Shown: positions 10,193-19,837, counted from the first letter of the stretch. The stretch: DNA of 56,780 nt from Nitrospirota bacterium (GCA_021824065.1 JAKALU010000005.1:1-56780); one strand, 5' to 3'. A program made the numbers and translations. The notes: generated from the sequence alone by a model not told the origin.

Positions 10193-11023
10193 CTAAAAAG
10201 ATCGCTCTGGCTTTAATGTTAGATAACCAGAAAAGAGTATCAGTATTCCTCCTATAATCGAGTTTATTCCTGGTAATTCATTTAAGAATATCATACTAAA
10301 AATTATAGCACTAACAGGCTCGAAATAGCCAAGGACAGCAGTTCTGTTAGCAGTAACCTTTTGTACCCCTTTATAGTATAAAATAGGTGCAATTGTTGAA
10401 TGAACGATGCCCATTACCAGAAAACTCCAGAGCGCATGTAAAGGAAACTCTCTTACAAATGGGGCAAGTATGATTGCTATGACAGAGTTTGCAAAAAAGT
10501 TCATGACAAGGGGATTAAAGTCTTTGGAGTAGATCCTTAAAAATATTACAATCGCTGCATATGTAAAACCCGAGAAAATGCCGGCAATTATCCCCGCAGC
10601 ATGGCCTTCTTTAACTGTGAATCCATCGAGCATGATCCAGAGTCCTGCCGAGGCTATAACAACCACAGCAATGATTTTTTTTGTAATAGGTTCTTTTAGA
10701 AAAAAAGGTGCAAGAAATGCAACAATAACAGGCGCTGTGTAATGTGTGAGAACTGCATTTGCTATTGTGGTGTATCTGAAGGCGTAGAAATAGGTGAATG
10801 TATTTAAAAAAGAAATAATGCCGAGAAACACGGGATACCTGAGCTTTTTGAGATCAGGGATATCTTTTCTGTAATTCTTATGAGATAAGATTATCCCCTG
10901 GACGATCAGAGCCACTATTACTGCATAAAAGATAAGGATGTGTATAGGAACTCCTGATAATCTTACAACAATACCAAGAGAGCTCCAGAGAAATATGGCA
11001 GATAATATATAAAGGGAAGCCAT
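10193..11023 (-). CDS. EamA/DMT family transporter
   Basis: About 10 TM helices; YTAPVIVAFLAPFFLKE and EPVSAIIFSMIFLNE repeats. Confidence 0.88.
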   Translation of the reverse strand: MASLYILSAIFLWSSLGIVVRLSGVPIHILIFYAVIVALIVQGIILSHKNYRKDIPDLKKLRYPVFLGIISFLNTFTYFYAFRYTTIANAVLTHYTAPVIVAFLAPFFLKEPITKKIIAVVVIASAGLWIMLDGFTVKEGHAAGIIAGIFSGFTYAAIVIFLRIYSKDFNPLVMNFFANSVIAIILAPFVREFPLHALWSFLVMGIVHSTIAPILYYKGVQKVTANRTAVLGYFEPVSAIIFSMIFLNELPGINSIIGGILILFSGYLTLKPERSF

Positions 11024-11072
11024 TAGAAGACAGTAGTAAGCAGTAAGTAGTTAGTAGTCAGTGACATATTCG

Positions 11073-12233
11073 TTATTCTAAAGAGAGTTCCTTTACGTTT
11101 TTTAAAACTGATTCCCTTAGTTTAGCAGCGGTCTCTGTTTTAATAAGCTGTTTGCCATTATCCAGAACAGGTATGAGTATATCTTCGAATCTTTTTCCGC
11201 ATGAGCACGTGTGTTTCTCTTTATTATCTGGCACAATCTTTCTTCCTCCGCATTTAGGACATCTCAGCACCCTTTTACTTCCTGACCATTTCCCTCTTTT
11301 TGCATGGGGCTTGCCTTCAACCTCCATTATATCCATGGCGTAGTCAACAACAGGCGCATTGCTTATTGAGGTGCCGATGCCGTAAGCATCAACAACCGGG
11401 TTTAACACAGGAAGGTCTTCCTCTTTTATCCCGCCGCTTACATAGAGCCTGACATGCTTGAATCCTCGGAGGTCGAGTTCCCATCTGACTTCTTCCAAAA
11501 TCCTGTAGAAATTCCCTCTTCTCGATGACGGCGTGTCGAGCCTTATAGCAAAAAGCCTTTTCCCCATAGCCTCAGCAACATTTAATGCCTCGAATTTCTC
11601 ATCGAGGAAAGTGTCAATAAGCGCAACTCTCTTGAATTTTGGCTCGAGCACTTCATCATATGCCTTAATTGCATCAACTGTTGAGCCCATGCAGATTATC
11701 AATGCGTGGGGCATTGTGCCCATTGGGTCTTCGCCTATTATCTCGCCTGATTTTATGACTGCAACGCCATCACATCCGCCGATATATGCATTCCTTTCAA
11801 TCATAGGCGCAAGAATAGGGTGCATCCTCCTTGCACCAAAGCTGATGACCGGTCTGCCTTCAGCGAGTTTTTTAAACCGTGCTGTCTTTGTTGCAATCCC
11901 TGATGCCTGGCATATCAGTCCGAGCATTGCGGTTTCATAAACACAGAAGTCCTGATACCTGCCTTCTACTTCCATGACAGGCTCAAATGGATAAAAAACC
12001 GTCCCCTCTTTCATTGCCCGAACCTTGATCCTAAGATGTTTCATGAGATAAATTGCCTCTTCAAGACCTGCAAATATTGCCCATGGCCAGTTGTCGGGAA
12101 GACTCTTTGCAATAAATTCAGCCTTGACAACAGGATTTATTTTTTTCGCCTTTAGGATTCTTAGAGTTCTCTCAAAATAAACATCTGTAATCTTGCCTTT
12201 GATGATGTCTTTCGGGTCTGCTGTATGGAACAT
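11073..12233 (-). CDS. pncB: Nicotinate phosphoribosyltransferase
   Basis: TDVYF, SFGARR, GTMPHAL, IRLDTPSSR, VSGG, YGIGT. Confidence 0.88.
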   Translation of the reverse strand: MFHTADPKDIIKGKITDVYFERTLRILKAKKINPVVKAEFIAKSLPDNWPWAIFAGLEEAIYLMKHLRIKVRAMKEGTVFYPFEPVMEVEGRYQDFCVYETAMLGLICQASGIATKTARFKKLAEGRPVISFGARRMHPILAPMIERNAYIGGCDGVAVIKSGEIIGEDPMGTMPHALIICMGSTVDAIKAYDEVLEPKFKRVALIDTFLDEKFEALNVAEAMGKRLFAIRLDTPSSRRGNFYRILEEVRWELDLRGFKHVRLYVSGGIKEEDLPVLNPVVDAYGIGTSISNAPVVDYAMDIMEVEGKPHAKRGKWSGSKRVLRCPKCGGRKIVPDNKEKHTCSCGKRFEDILIPVLDNGKQLIKTETAAKLRESVLKNVKELSLE

Positions 12234-12315
12234 GTTGTCCTCCGTTTGATAGCTAACATTTTACCATAAAGAAGCTTGTAAGATAATTATATATAAGATA
12301 TCATTGCAAAAACCT

Positions 12316-12347
12316 TTGACATATTGCAATGCAATGCATTACAATAT
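12316..12347 (+). promoter_or_regulatory. Sigma70-like promoter with overlapping palindromic operator of the TA operon
   Basis: TTGACA(12316)-18 bp-TACAAT(12340); inverted repeat ATATTGCAATGC/GCATTACAATAT. Confidence 0.7.
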
Positions 12348-12382
12348 ATTGCAGTTAGTAGAAATTTAGCCGGAGGTGTGAA

Positions 12383-12640
12383 ATGCAATCCCAGTTAACG
12401 ATCAGATTGTCCGAAGATATTGAAAAAGGAATATCGAACTATGCAAAGAGGCTCCGCCTTAAGCGCTCCGATATTGTGAGAATGGCTTTGGAGAGATTTT
12501 TGAGGGAAGGGCAGATAAGGGAGGAAATCAGCCCGTATGAAAAGGTTAGTAATCTTATCGGTGTGGTTGAAAGCGGCGTTTCTGATCTTGGGCGGGCACA
12601 CAGAAAACATCTGTTAAAGCGGATTAAGAAACATGCGTAG
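12383..12640 (+). CDS. Ribbon-helix-helix antitoxin (VapB-like)
   Basis: QLTIRL...RSDIVRMALERFL; GGAGGTG RBS; overlaps the PIN gene. Confidence 0.8.
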   Translation: MQSQLTIRLSEDIEKGISNYAKRLRLKRSDIVRMALERFLREGQIREEISPYEKVSNLIGVVESGVSDLGRAHRKHLLKRIKKHA

Positions 12641-13046
12641 TCTGCTCCTGGATACCGGAGCATTCGTAGCTCTTCTTGATAGAAGCGAGAACAGCCACCA
12701 GTCTTGTGTGGTTTTTTTCAGTACTTATAAGGGCGAGGTTTATACGACCGAACCTGTACTTACAGAAACACTCTACCTGCTCGGTCCTTCGATAAAAGCA
12801 GAGAGAGCCTGTATTGATTTTATCCTAAAGGGAGGTGCTACCCTTGTTCCACAGTCGGCAGCAAGTCTTTCAAGGGCTATTGCGTTGATGGAAAAATACA
12901 AGGATGTGCCGATGGATTTTGCCGACGCTACGCTTGTTACGCTCGCAGAGGAGGCGGATGTGGATGAGGTTTTTACGCTGGATTTAAGAGGATTTAATTC
13001 GTATCGTATCCACGGGAAAAGACATTTCAAAATCTGGCCGAAATGA
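12633..13046 (+). CDS. vapC: PIN-domain toxin VapC
   Basis: LLDTGAF, VLTET, MDFADA, FTLD. Confidence 0.88.
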   Translation: MRSLLLDTGAFVALLDRSENSHQSCVVFFSTYKGEVYTTEPVLTETLYLLGPSIKAERACIDFILKGGATLVPQSAASLSRAIALMEKYKDVPMDFADATLVTLAEEADVDEVFTLDLRGFNSYRIHGKRHFKIWPK

Positions 13047-13089
13047 GGGATAACGATATCCGTTGCAAAAGAAGCCCGCTTTTTTTATC

Positions 13090-13557
13090 TTATTTTTTGC
13101 TTTTAACAGCCGATTGATATTGAGCAAGCAATTCAGGTTCATCAATCGAACCATGATGATGAACCTGCCGCCATTGCCCATCAATCAACCTGTAAATTCT
13201 GGTTGTCCGAATTGCCAGATTAATCACGGTTTCGCCAATGCGAAATTCCCCTCGCTCCCTGCCGACTGCATAAAAAATATTCCTTGCTTCATGAACGGTA
13301 TAATCGTAGAATTCAACGTAGACTTTGGCAGTACCTTTAAAGATACGTTCATATACAGATTGAATTTCTTGCCATCCGCGTTTAATCCCGCCCAGTGGAT
13401 TATCCATAACAATTTCGTCTGTTTGAGCCCAGTTCTTCGACATCTTGCCCAAATCGCGGCTGTTAAAGGCATCGTAAAATTCAACTAAGGCTTGAAGGGG
13501 ATCTGATAATCCCTTTCTATCTTCTCGACCTGTGATAGGTGTCTGTTCCGGCATCAT
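13090..13557 (-). CDS. SnoaL/NTF2-like (DUF4440-like) protein; probable distal cassette
   Basis: FYDAFNSRDL, GRERG, WRQVHHHGS. Confidence 0.8.
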   Translation of the reverse strand: MMPEQTPITGREDRKGLSDPLQALVEFYDAFNSRDLGKMSKNWAQTDEIVMDNPLGGIKRGWQEIQSVYERIFKGTAKVYVEFYDYTVHEARNIFYAVGRERGEFRIGETVINLAIRTTRIYRLIDGQWRQVHHHGSIDEPELLAQYQSAVKSKK

Positions 13558-13595
13558 TCTTTAATGCTTTCCTTAGTTTTTCTTAAAGACATGTC

Positions 13596-13665
13596 GCGTA
13601 TCTTTCAAGGCTAAAAGAAGTGCGTTAGCGTTTGCATATCAATCTTTTAGCCTGTTGTTAAACGC
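13596..13665 (-). mobile_element. attC-like site 3 (degenerate R' box)
   Basis: Minus strand GCGTTTAAC, perfect 11-bp stem AGGCTAAAAGA/TCTTTTAGCCT (13608-13618/13643-13653); ends TTGAAAGATACGC instead of ..AAACGTTR. Confidence 0.6.
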
Positions 13666-13699
13666 CGTGTAGACGTTTTAATCAACCGCCCATTTTTCA

Positions 13700-14320
13700 T
13701 CATGATCTTAAGATAACAATGGGACTTACAATACCTATTGATTTCCCGTCAGACTCTTTAAAACTGTGAATATACCAGAGCAACTCAACTGGTTCTTCAA
13801 AATCCATTTCCCTTTGAAAAATCGGCCTATAAAGCGATGAAAGATAATCTTCAGTTATAAGAAGTTGAGATTTAATATTTTCAAAATAAAACTCTGGTTC
13901 TCGAAACGTTCGAATATTTAATCTTTCAAAATTCATTTGAGGGCTTATATAAAGAGTATTCCTTAATTTTCCTTTTATCCATAACCTCTTTTTTAACATT
14001 TTTTTAAGTTCGTCGCCATTACTAATTTCATGATATTGCTGCTTTAGCTTTGGGAGGATAATTTTCAAAAGATGACTATCACTAATTTCATATGTTTTTG
14101 AGACTCCCCCTTGCACATCTGTACCAGCGACTATAACATTTGCTTTGATTCCACCTGATATCTGCTGGACTTCTATTTTTGGACGTCCTTTCAAGCTGGT
14201 AAAACTACTGAAAAGTTCTGTCAATTGTTCGGGGTCTAAGTAAATGATTGATTCAGGAAAAGAATCAAATTCTCCTGGAATTAGTTCTTCTACATTTTTA
14301 AGTAACCAGTCTAAGTTCAT
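13700..14320 (-). CDS. Hypothetical protein, AT-rich gene cassette ORF
   Basis: 206-aa ORF between two attC-like sites; no motif recognised with confidence. Confidence 0.7.
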   Translation of the reverse strand: MNLDWLLKNVEELIPGEFDSFPESIIYLDPEQLTELFSSFTSLKGRPKIEVQQISGGIKANVIVAGTDVQGGVSKTYEISDSHLLKIILPKLKQQYHEISNGDELKKMLKKRLWIKGKLRNTLYISPQMNFERLNIRTFREPEFYFENIKSQLLITEDYLSSLYRPIFQREMDFEEPVELLWYIHSFKESDGKSIGIVSPIVILRS

Positions 14321-14377
14321 AAAATTAAATGGGCGGTTGCTATATTCATAATTGCCGTCATTCTAAAGTCTGCATAA

Positions 14378-14446
14378 GCGTTTAACGTTTCCAGCACAAA
14401 TGAAGCCAGCGCAGATTTTAAGTGGCGTTTGTGCTGTGTTATGTGA
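14378..14446 (-). mobile_element. attC-like site 2
   Basis: Minus strand TCACATAAC..CAGCACAAA..TTTGTGCTG..AAACGTTAAACGC; GTTAAAC fits GTTRRRY. Confidence 0.8.
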
Positions 14447-14456
14447 AGCTTTAGAA

Positions 14457-14798
14457 TCACTTTTCGCCCATAAATTTAAATGCATACAAGTATAACGCAA
14501 TATAAATTGGTATAACAAACAAGAAACCTATTAAAGAAATTATTTCAAAATTTCCACCTCTTGCTCTTGGTTCAATAACAAGGTTATAAGAAAAATCCCA
14601 AACAATAAAAATTGGAAAGTATGCTTTCCAAAAAGATCTATTGAAAAGCTTTTTTCTGTATCCATACAAAAACAAGCCAGCCAATGCTCCGCTGCTAATT
14701 AACAAATCAACAGCATCCCATATCCCGCCAAAACCTTCGGAAATATACCCCAGAATTAATATCATGATAAAAACCCAAAAATAGATTTTCCAAAACAT
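14457..14798 (-). CDS. Small 4-TM membrane protein, gene cassette ORF
   Basis: Hydrophobic 113-aa ORF (MFWKIYFW...FWKAYF) filling the space between attC1 and attC2. Confidence 0.75.
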   Translation of the reverse strand: MFWKIYFWVFIMILILGYISEGFGGIWDAVDLLISSGALAGLFLYGYRKKLFNRSFWKAYFPIFIVWDFSYNLVIEPRARGGNFEIISLIGFLFVIPIYIALYLYAFKFMGEK

Positions 14799-14825
14799 AA
14801 TTATTCGATTCCTATTCTAAATGTT

Positions 14826-14940
14826 GCCTAACGTTTGCGCACGGGTGATGTTTGACGGCTGGCGCGATGCTTGTCTTTACAAGACTCGTGACAGGCGGCA
14901 AATGGGAAGATACTATGAACGCCTGTGCGCTTGTTATGTG
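14826..14940 (-). mobile_element. attC-like site 1
   Basis: Minus strand CACATAAC AAGCGCACAGGCG...CACCCGTGCGCAAAC GTTAGGC; GTTAGGC fits GTTRRRY; GC-rich imperfect hairpin. Confidence 0.82.
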
Positions 14941-14964
14941 GAGTGTGGTGCGTGTATTCTTTTT

Positions 14965-15192
14965 TTAAGCAAATTCAACAACAGAAACTGAGCGCTTAAC
15001 TGCAAAACTCTTTTTATGTAACTTAATACGCTCAATTTCATGAAGTGTCTCTGCCTCAAGATAACTTTCTCCACAGTGTGGACAGGTAACGATAGGGACA
15101 TTTTCAATGACAAAAATATCCTTACCCTTGCCATACGTCCTTGCAACCCTACGGATACGAGCACCTTCTTTTCCACAAGTGTCACATATCAT
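14965..15192 (-). CDS. YgiT-type zinc finger / MqsA-like antitoxin
   Basis: CDTCG...VIENVP..CPHCGESY; start re-assigned to the ATG at 15192. Confidence 0.85.
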   Translation of the reverse strand: MICDTCGKEGARIRRVARTYGKGKDIFVIENVPIVTCPHCGESYLEAETLHEIERIKLHKKSFAVKRSVSVVEFA

Positions 15193-15217
15193 TTTTACCC
15201 CTGTTCTCATACTCATA

Positions 15218-15499
15218 TTATGGCACATACACAGTTATAATAACTAACTTGCCTGTTGGGCTTATTTTGGCAACAACTTCAACTTCGCTGCCGGAAATAG
15301 ATTTGCCATTTATTCGATATTTCCACTCAGCAGCAACTTTGTCTTTCTGCCTCTCCAGAATCTTTCCTGTTAGAATACAGCGTTCAACGTCAAAGACAGT
15401 CAAACAGTCATCATTCATCTCCTCTTCAGCATGAATTGACATGATGTATTCCAACCTACGAATTTTATCACGCATTTCTTTCAAAATGCGGTCAAACAT
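15218..15499 (-). CDS. DUF4258 family putative toxin
   Basis: SIHAEEEM, ILTGKILE, LVIITVY; paired with the YgiT zinc finger. Confidence 0.85.
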   Translation of the reverse strand: MFDRILKEMRDKIRRLEYIMSIHAEEEMNDDCLTVFDVERCILTGKILERQKDKVAAEWKYRINGKSISGSEVEVVAKISPTGKLVIITVYVP

Positions 15500-15542
15500 T
15501 TACTCCCTCTCATTTGTTGTTTTTTTCTCACGCACCCTATTA

Positions 15543-15614
15543 TCACATAACTACTTACATCCGCAATTATTGCGTATACACCGCCAAAATGGAGGGATAG
15601 ACGCAATGCGTATA
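15543..15614 (-). mobile_element. attI-like site at the head of the cassette array
   Basis: Minus strand ..ATACGCAATAATTGCGGATGTAAGTA-GTTATGTGA; GTTATGTG complements the CACATAAC box of attC1; TGCGTATA repeated at 15571 and 15607. Confidence 0.6.
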
Positions 15615-15762
15615 TCCCAACTCTGGATGAAACCTCAGAGTTTCCATCCCCTGCTATCTGTAAGATTCTACTAAACAGATTATTTAACTGTCAAAACAAA
15701 AAGTTGCTCAATCCCCTCTTTATAATTGACAAAGTTTTGCATTTCTTTTATGTTTAATAACC

Positions 15763-16632
15763 ATGCGTCTGCCAGAGTGGATAAAGGTAAAGAGCTATAT
15801 CGAAGACCCGCTGAGGCGGGCAGGGCTTCATGATACAAAGAGTATTCTGAGAAACTATGGGCTCTCGACTGTCTGCGAAGAGGCGCGTTGTCCGAATAAG
15901 GGAGAATGTTTTTCAAAACCGACTGCAACCTTTATGATACTTGGCTCTGCGTGCACAAGGAATTGTAGTTTTTGTGCTGTAGAATCTTCTAAACCAAAGC
16001 CTCTGGATGATGATGAACCAGAAAGGGTTGCGATGGCAGCAAAAGAGATGGGATTGAAATATGTTGTGATAACCTCTGTTACGAGGGATGACCTAAGAGA
16101 TGGAGGAGCTCCACATTTTGCTAAGACAGTTCTGGCAGTGAGAAAGCATCTTCCTGGTGCAAAGATAGAGGTGCTGACCCCTGATTTTAAAGGTGATTAC
16201 AATGCGCTTAAAACAGTTCTTGATTCAAGACCTGATGTCTTTAACCATAATGTCGAGACCGTGCCACGGCTTTATCCGTATGTCAGGCCTCAGGCAGATT
16301 ATGCTACTTCCCTGAATGTATTGATAACTGCAAAAACCACAGCGCCTGACATAACAACAAAATCAGGACTGATGCTCGGACTCGGAGAGACCTTTAATGA
16401 GGTTGTTGGTGTATTGAAGAATCTAAAAGAAGTTGGTTGTGACACTGTCACAATAGGCCAGTATCTCAGGCCGTCTAAGCGGAATTTGCCTGTCAGAGAA
16501 TATGTGAGACCCGAAATATTTGATGAATATAAAGAGATCGCCCTTAATTTAGGGTTTAAATACGCAGCTTCAGCACCATTGGTAAGAAGTTCAATGAATG
16601 CAGAGGAGATGTATGGGAGGAATAATGTTTGA
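15763..16632 (+). CDS. lipA: Lipoyl synthase
   Basis: [30 protein letters not shown]. Confidence 0.96.
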   Translation: MRLPEWIKVKSYIEDPLRRAGLHDTKSILRNYGLSTVCEEARCPNKGECFSKPTATFMILGSACTRNCSFCAVESSKPKPLDDDEPERVAMAAKEMGLKYVVITSVTRDDLRDGGAPHFAKTVLAVRKHLPGAKIEVLTPDFKGDYNALKTVLDSRPDVFNHNVETVPRLYPYVRPQADYATSLNVLITAKTTAPDITTKSGLMLGLGETFNEVVGVLKNLKEVGCDTVTIGQYLRPSKRNLPVREYVRPEIFDEYKEIALNLGFKYAASAPLVRSSMNAEEMYGRNNV

Positions 16633-17803
16633 GTTTAACAGGATTAAGAGGCTTCCACCATATGTGTTTGCAATAGTTAATGCCCTTAAGATGGAGGCAA
16701 GGAAAAAAGGCGAGGATGTAATCGACCTTGGCATGGGCAATCCTGACATGCCTGCGCCAAAGCACGTTATTGATAAACTCTGCGAGGCTGCAAAGAACCC
16801 TAAAAACCACAGGTATTCTGCATCAAAGGGAATTACGCAATTGAGGATGGCAATATGCGAATGGTATAAAAGAAGATTTGATGTTGATTTAGACCCTGAA
16901 AGCGAGGCAGTTGTAACTATTGGTTCAAAAGAGGGGCTTTCACATCTTGCCCTTGCCACTATTCAGCCCGGGGATGTTGTTATGACCCCAACGCCTGCAT
17001 ATCCAATACATCCTTACAGTGTGATAATCTCAGGGGGTGAGGTTACAAGCATTCCAATAGGTCCCGGAATCGATTTTTTTGAAGAGATGGAAAAGGCATT
17101 TAAAAAGACATGGCCAAGACCAAAGATGCTTATAATCAATTTCCCACATAATCCTACAACACAGGTTGTGGAAGGACTGGATTTCTTTAAGAAGGTTGTG
17201 GATTTTGCAAAAGAGAATAATATTATAGTTATCCACGACTTTGCCTATGCAGACCTTGTTTTTGATGATTATAAGGCGCCGAGCTTTCTTCAGGTTCCGG
17301 GTGCCAAGGATGTCGGAGTGGAGTTTTTCTCTTTGACAAAGAGCTATTCAATGGCAGGGTGGAGGGTTGGTTTCTGTGTTGGGAACAAAGATGTTGTAGG
17401 CGCATTGATAAAAATAAAAAGCTACCTTGACTATGGAATGTTCCAGCCCATACAGATTGCGAGTATCGTTGCTCTGAGAGGGCCCCAGGAATGTGTTGAG
17501 GAGTTTAGAAAGATATACGAGTCAAGACGTAATGAGTTAATGAAAGGTCTCCATAAGGCAGGATGGAAAGTAGACCCGCCAAAGGCAACTATGTTCGTCT
17601 GGGCAGAAATCCCTGAGCAGTTTAAAAAAATGGGCTCGCTCGAATTTGCAAAGTTACTTATTAAAGAAGGTGGTGTTGCAGTATCTCCTGGCATTGGTTT
17701 TGGAGAAGGTGGCGACGAGTTTGTAAGATTTGCCCTTGTTGAGAATGAACACAGGATAAAGCAGGCTGTGAAAGGCATTAAGAAGGTGCTCAGCAGAGGT
17801 TAG
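16625..17803 (+). CDS. Class I/II PLP aminotransferase (AlaC / LL-DAP aminotransferase-like)
   Basis: [40 protein letters not shown]; GGGAGG RBS before ATG 16625. Confidence 0.88.
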   Translation: MFEFNRIKRLPPYVFAIVNALKMEARKKGEDVIDLGMGNPDMPAPKHVIDKLCEAAKNPKNHRYSASKGITQLRMAICEWYKRRFDVDLDPESEAVVTIGSKEGLSHLALATIQPGDVVMTPTPAYPIHPYSVIISGGEVTSIPIGPGIDFFEEMEKAFKKTWPRPKMLIINFPHNPTTQVVEGLDFFKKVVDFAKENNIIVIHDFAYADLVFDDYKAPSFLQVPGAKDVGVEFFSLTKSYSMAGWRVGFCVGNKDVVGALIKIKSYLDYGMFQPIQIASIVALRGPQECVEEFRKIYESRRNELMKGLHKAGWKVDPPKATMFVWAEIPEQFKKMGSLEFAKLLIKEGGVAVSPGIGFGEGGDEFVRFALVENEHRIKQAVKGIKKVLSRG

Positions 17804-17818
17804 AAATTGTGACTGTAT

Positions 17819-17917
17819 GTCATTCCGAACTTGTTTCGGAATCTCAAATTACGGATGGAAAATAAGCATGCTGAAATCGAAGACCCTGAACTTGATTCAG
17901 GCATGCTTCAGCATGAC
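17819..17917. repeat. REP-like palindromic element
   Basis: GTCATTCCGAACTTGTTTCGGAATC...CCTGAACTTGATTCAGG..CAGCATGAC; GTCAT/ATGAC ends. Confidence 0.65.
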
Positions 17918-17932
17918 AATATAGGAGTTTAA

Positions 17933-19279
17933 GTGGGAAAAGATAAAATTTCTGTCGGCATCATAGGTTTCGGCACCGTCGGAACAGGCACAGCCCGGAT
18001 TCTTATTGAGAACAGGGATATACTTTCTCAGAGGACGGGCTTTAACATAAACCTCAAGAGGGTTGCAGATATTGACATAAAAACAGACAGGGGAGTAAAG
18101 CTTTCTGAAGGCACATTAATAAATAACGCAAAGGAAATATTAAATGACCCTGAGATCGATATCGTTGTTGAACTTATAGGGGGCATTCATCCTGCAAAAG
18201 ATTTTATACTTCAGGCCATAAGGAATAAAAAACATGTAATAACTGCAAATAAGGCGCTACTTGCAACAGAGGGCAACGAGATATTTGCCGAGGCAGAGAA
18301 ATACGGTGTAGAAATAGGGTTTGAGGCATCAGTTGCAGGCGGTATCCCTATAATTAAGGTTATAAGAGAAGGGCTCATTGCTAACAGGATTATGGCGGTC
18401 TACGGGATAATAAACGGGACATCGAATTACATCCTCACGAAGATGACCGATGATAAGGTTGAGTTTTCAGACGCGCTTAAAGAAGCGCAGCGTCTTGGAT
18501 ATGCAGAGGCTGACCCCACATATGATATAGAGGGAATAGATTCAGCACATAAACTTGCAATCCTGGCGTCTCTGGCTTATAACATACCTTTATCTTTTGA
18601 TGCTATCTATAAAGAAGGGATAACAAAACTTACATCTCAGGATATTGAATTCGCAGGAGAATTGGGCTATAAGATAAAGCTTCTCGCTATTGCAAAGGCA
18701 ACCCCCCCAGTCCCCCCCTTAGTAAGGGGGGGAGAATGGGGGGGTGAGGTGGAACTCAGGGTTCACCCTACAATGGTTCCGAAGGATTATCTCATATCAA
18801 AGGTTGACGGGGTTTTCAATGCAATCTACGTTCACGGCGATGCAGTTGGAGATACACTTTATTATGGAAGAGGCGCAGGCGATATGCCAACCGGTAGTTC
18901 GATAGTTAGCGACATTGTTGACATAGCAAGGGATATCAATAAAGATACGACAGGTAGAATCCCGGGCATCAGAAGTGTAAAAGGTGCGGAATCAAAGATA
19001 AAGAACATAGAGGATATAGAAGCAATGTATTATTTCAGGTTCTCTGCTTTTGACAGACCAGGCGTGCTTTCAAGAATATCCGGTGTATTGGGAAACTACA
19101 ACATAAGCATTGCCTCTGTTATTCAGAAGGGTAGAAAGGTTGGAGAGGCAGTCCCTCTCATTGTTCTCACACATAGAGCAAAAGAGAGGGACGTTATTAA
19201 GGCAGTAGCAGAGATTGATAAACTTCCAGTCGTAGCAGACAAAACACTTTATATAAGAGTTGAGGGAAAAGAGGAATAA
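17933..19279 (+). CDS. hom: Homoserine dehydrogenase with C-terminal ACT domain
   Basis: GFGTVG, TANKA, FEASVAGGIP, GYAEADP, GRGAG, DRPGVL. Confidence 0.96.
   Translation: MGKDKISVGIIGFGTVGTGTARILIENRDILSQRTGFNINLKRVADIDIKTDRGVKLSEGTLINNAKEILNDPEIDIVVELIGGIHPAKDFILQAIRNKKHVITANKALLATEGNEIFAEAEKYGVEIGFEASVAGGIPIIKVIREGLIANRIMAVYGIINGTSNYILTKMTDDKVEFSDALKEAQRLGYAEADPTYDIEGIDSAHKLAILASLAYNIPLSFDAIYKEGITKLTSQDIEFAGELGYKIKLLAIAKATPPVPPLVRGGEWGGEVELRVHPTMVPKDYLISKVDGVFNAIYVHGDAVGDTLYYGRGAGDMPTGSSIVSDIVDIARDINKDTTGRIPGIRSVKGAESKIKNIEDIEAMYYFRFSAFDRPGVLSRISGVLGNYNISIASVIQKGRKVGEAVPLIVLTHRAKERDVIKAVAEIDKLPVVADKTLYIRVEGKEE
18701..18745. repeat. C/G-run palindrome inserted in frame in hom
   Basis: ACCCCCCCAG TCCCCCCCTTA G TAAGGGGGGGA GAATGGGGGGGT, encoding TPPVPPLVRGGEWGG. 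Confidence 0.8.
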
Positions 19280-19308
19280 GAAAAGCAATCTATTTTTAAT
19301 GAGTCCTT

Positions 19309-19776
19309 TTAAAAAAGCTTTGCCCCTTTTTCTATATCTTCGGTCTTTATTATCAGATTTTCATTTACAATACTGTTCTTAAGCAGAATAGGGCTGCAGT
19401 CTTTGTTTTCCCATACCTCGTCAGCAAGCCTGAACTTCAGGCTGCATTCATTGCATATGAGGTCTGTCCCTTCAACGCGATAGCCCTTTTTCTTTTTGTA
19501 ACATATATAACAGGCATCAAAATATGTGGATAAATCCCCTCTGCCGTCTGTTCTTACAAAAAAGTTTATGCGCTTGCCTGATTTTTTATAGGTGAAAAAA
19601 TGGACCTTTCCGTCGTTAATTTCTTTGATCGGTATCGTTATTATTCCGTCTTTAGGAGTGACTATCTTATGTTCTTTTGGCAGATTGCTGCAGCCGCAGA
19701 ATATTGCCAGAAAAGATAGCAAAAGCGAATAAAAGAAGATTCTTCTAAAATAAAAGCCTGTTTGTGTCTTTCTCAT
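19309..19776 (-). CDS. DUF2318 / Fe-S-containing lipoprotein
   Basis: FDACYIC..GY..LICNEC..DCSPI; lipobox-like IFCGC. Confidence 0.75.
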   Translation of the reverse strand: MRKTQTGFYFRRIFFYSLLLSFLAIFCGCSNLPKEHKIVTPKDGIITIPIKEINDGKVHFFTYKKSGKRINFFVRTDGRGDLSTYFDACYICYKKKKGYRVEGTDLICNECSLKFRLADEVWENKDCSPILLKNSIVNENLIIKTEDIEKGAKLF

Positions 19777-19837
19777 TGTTATAAAATATTATAACAGACT
19801 GCTGTTTTCAAAAAACTCTTATCATGGAGACATAGAG

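Noticed and set aside
13063-13488. 141-aa plus-strand ORF
   Set aside because: Antisense to the SnoaL-like gene, which has recognisable motifs
13596-14940. Spaced palindromes considered as a CRISPR array
   Set aside because: Repeats are not identical, are separated by whole genes, and no cas genes are present; they fit attC sites better
15615-15762. Search for an intI remnant next to the attI-like site
   Set aside because: Only about 150 bp before lipA and no tyrosine recombinase motif seen
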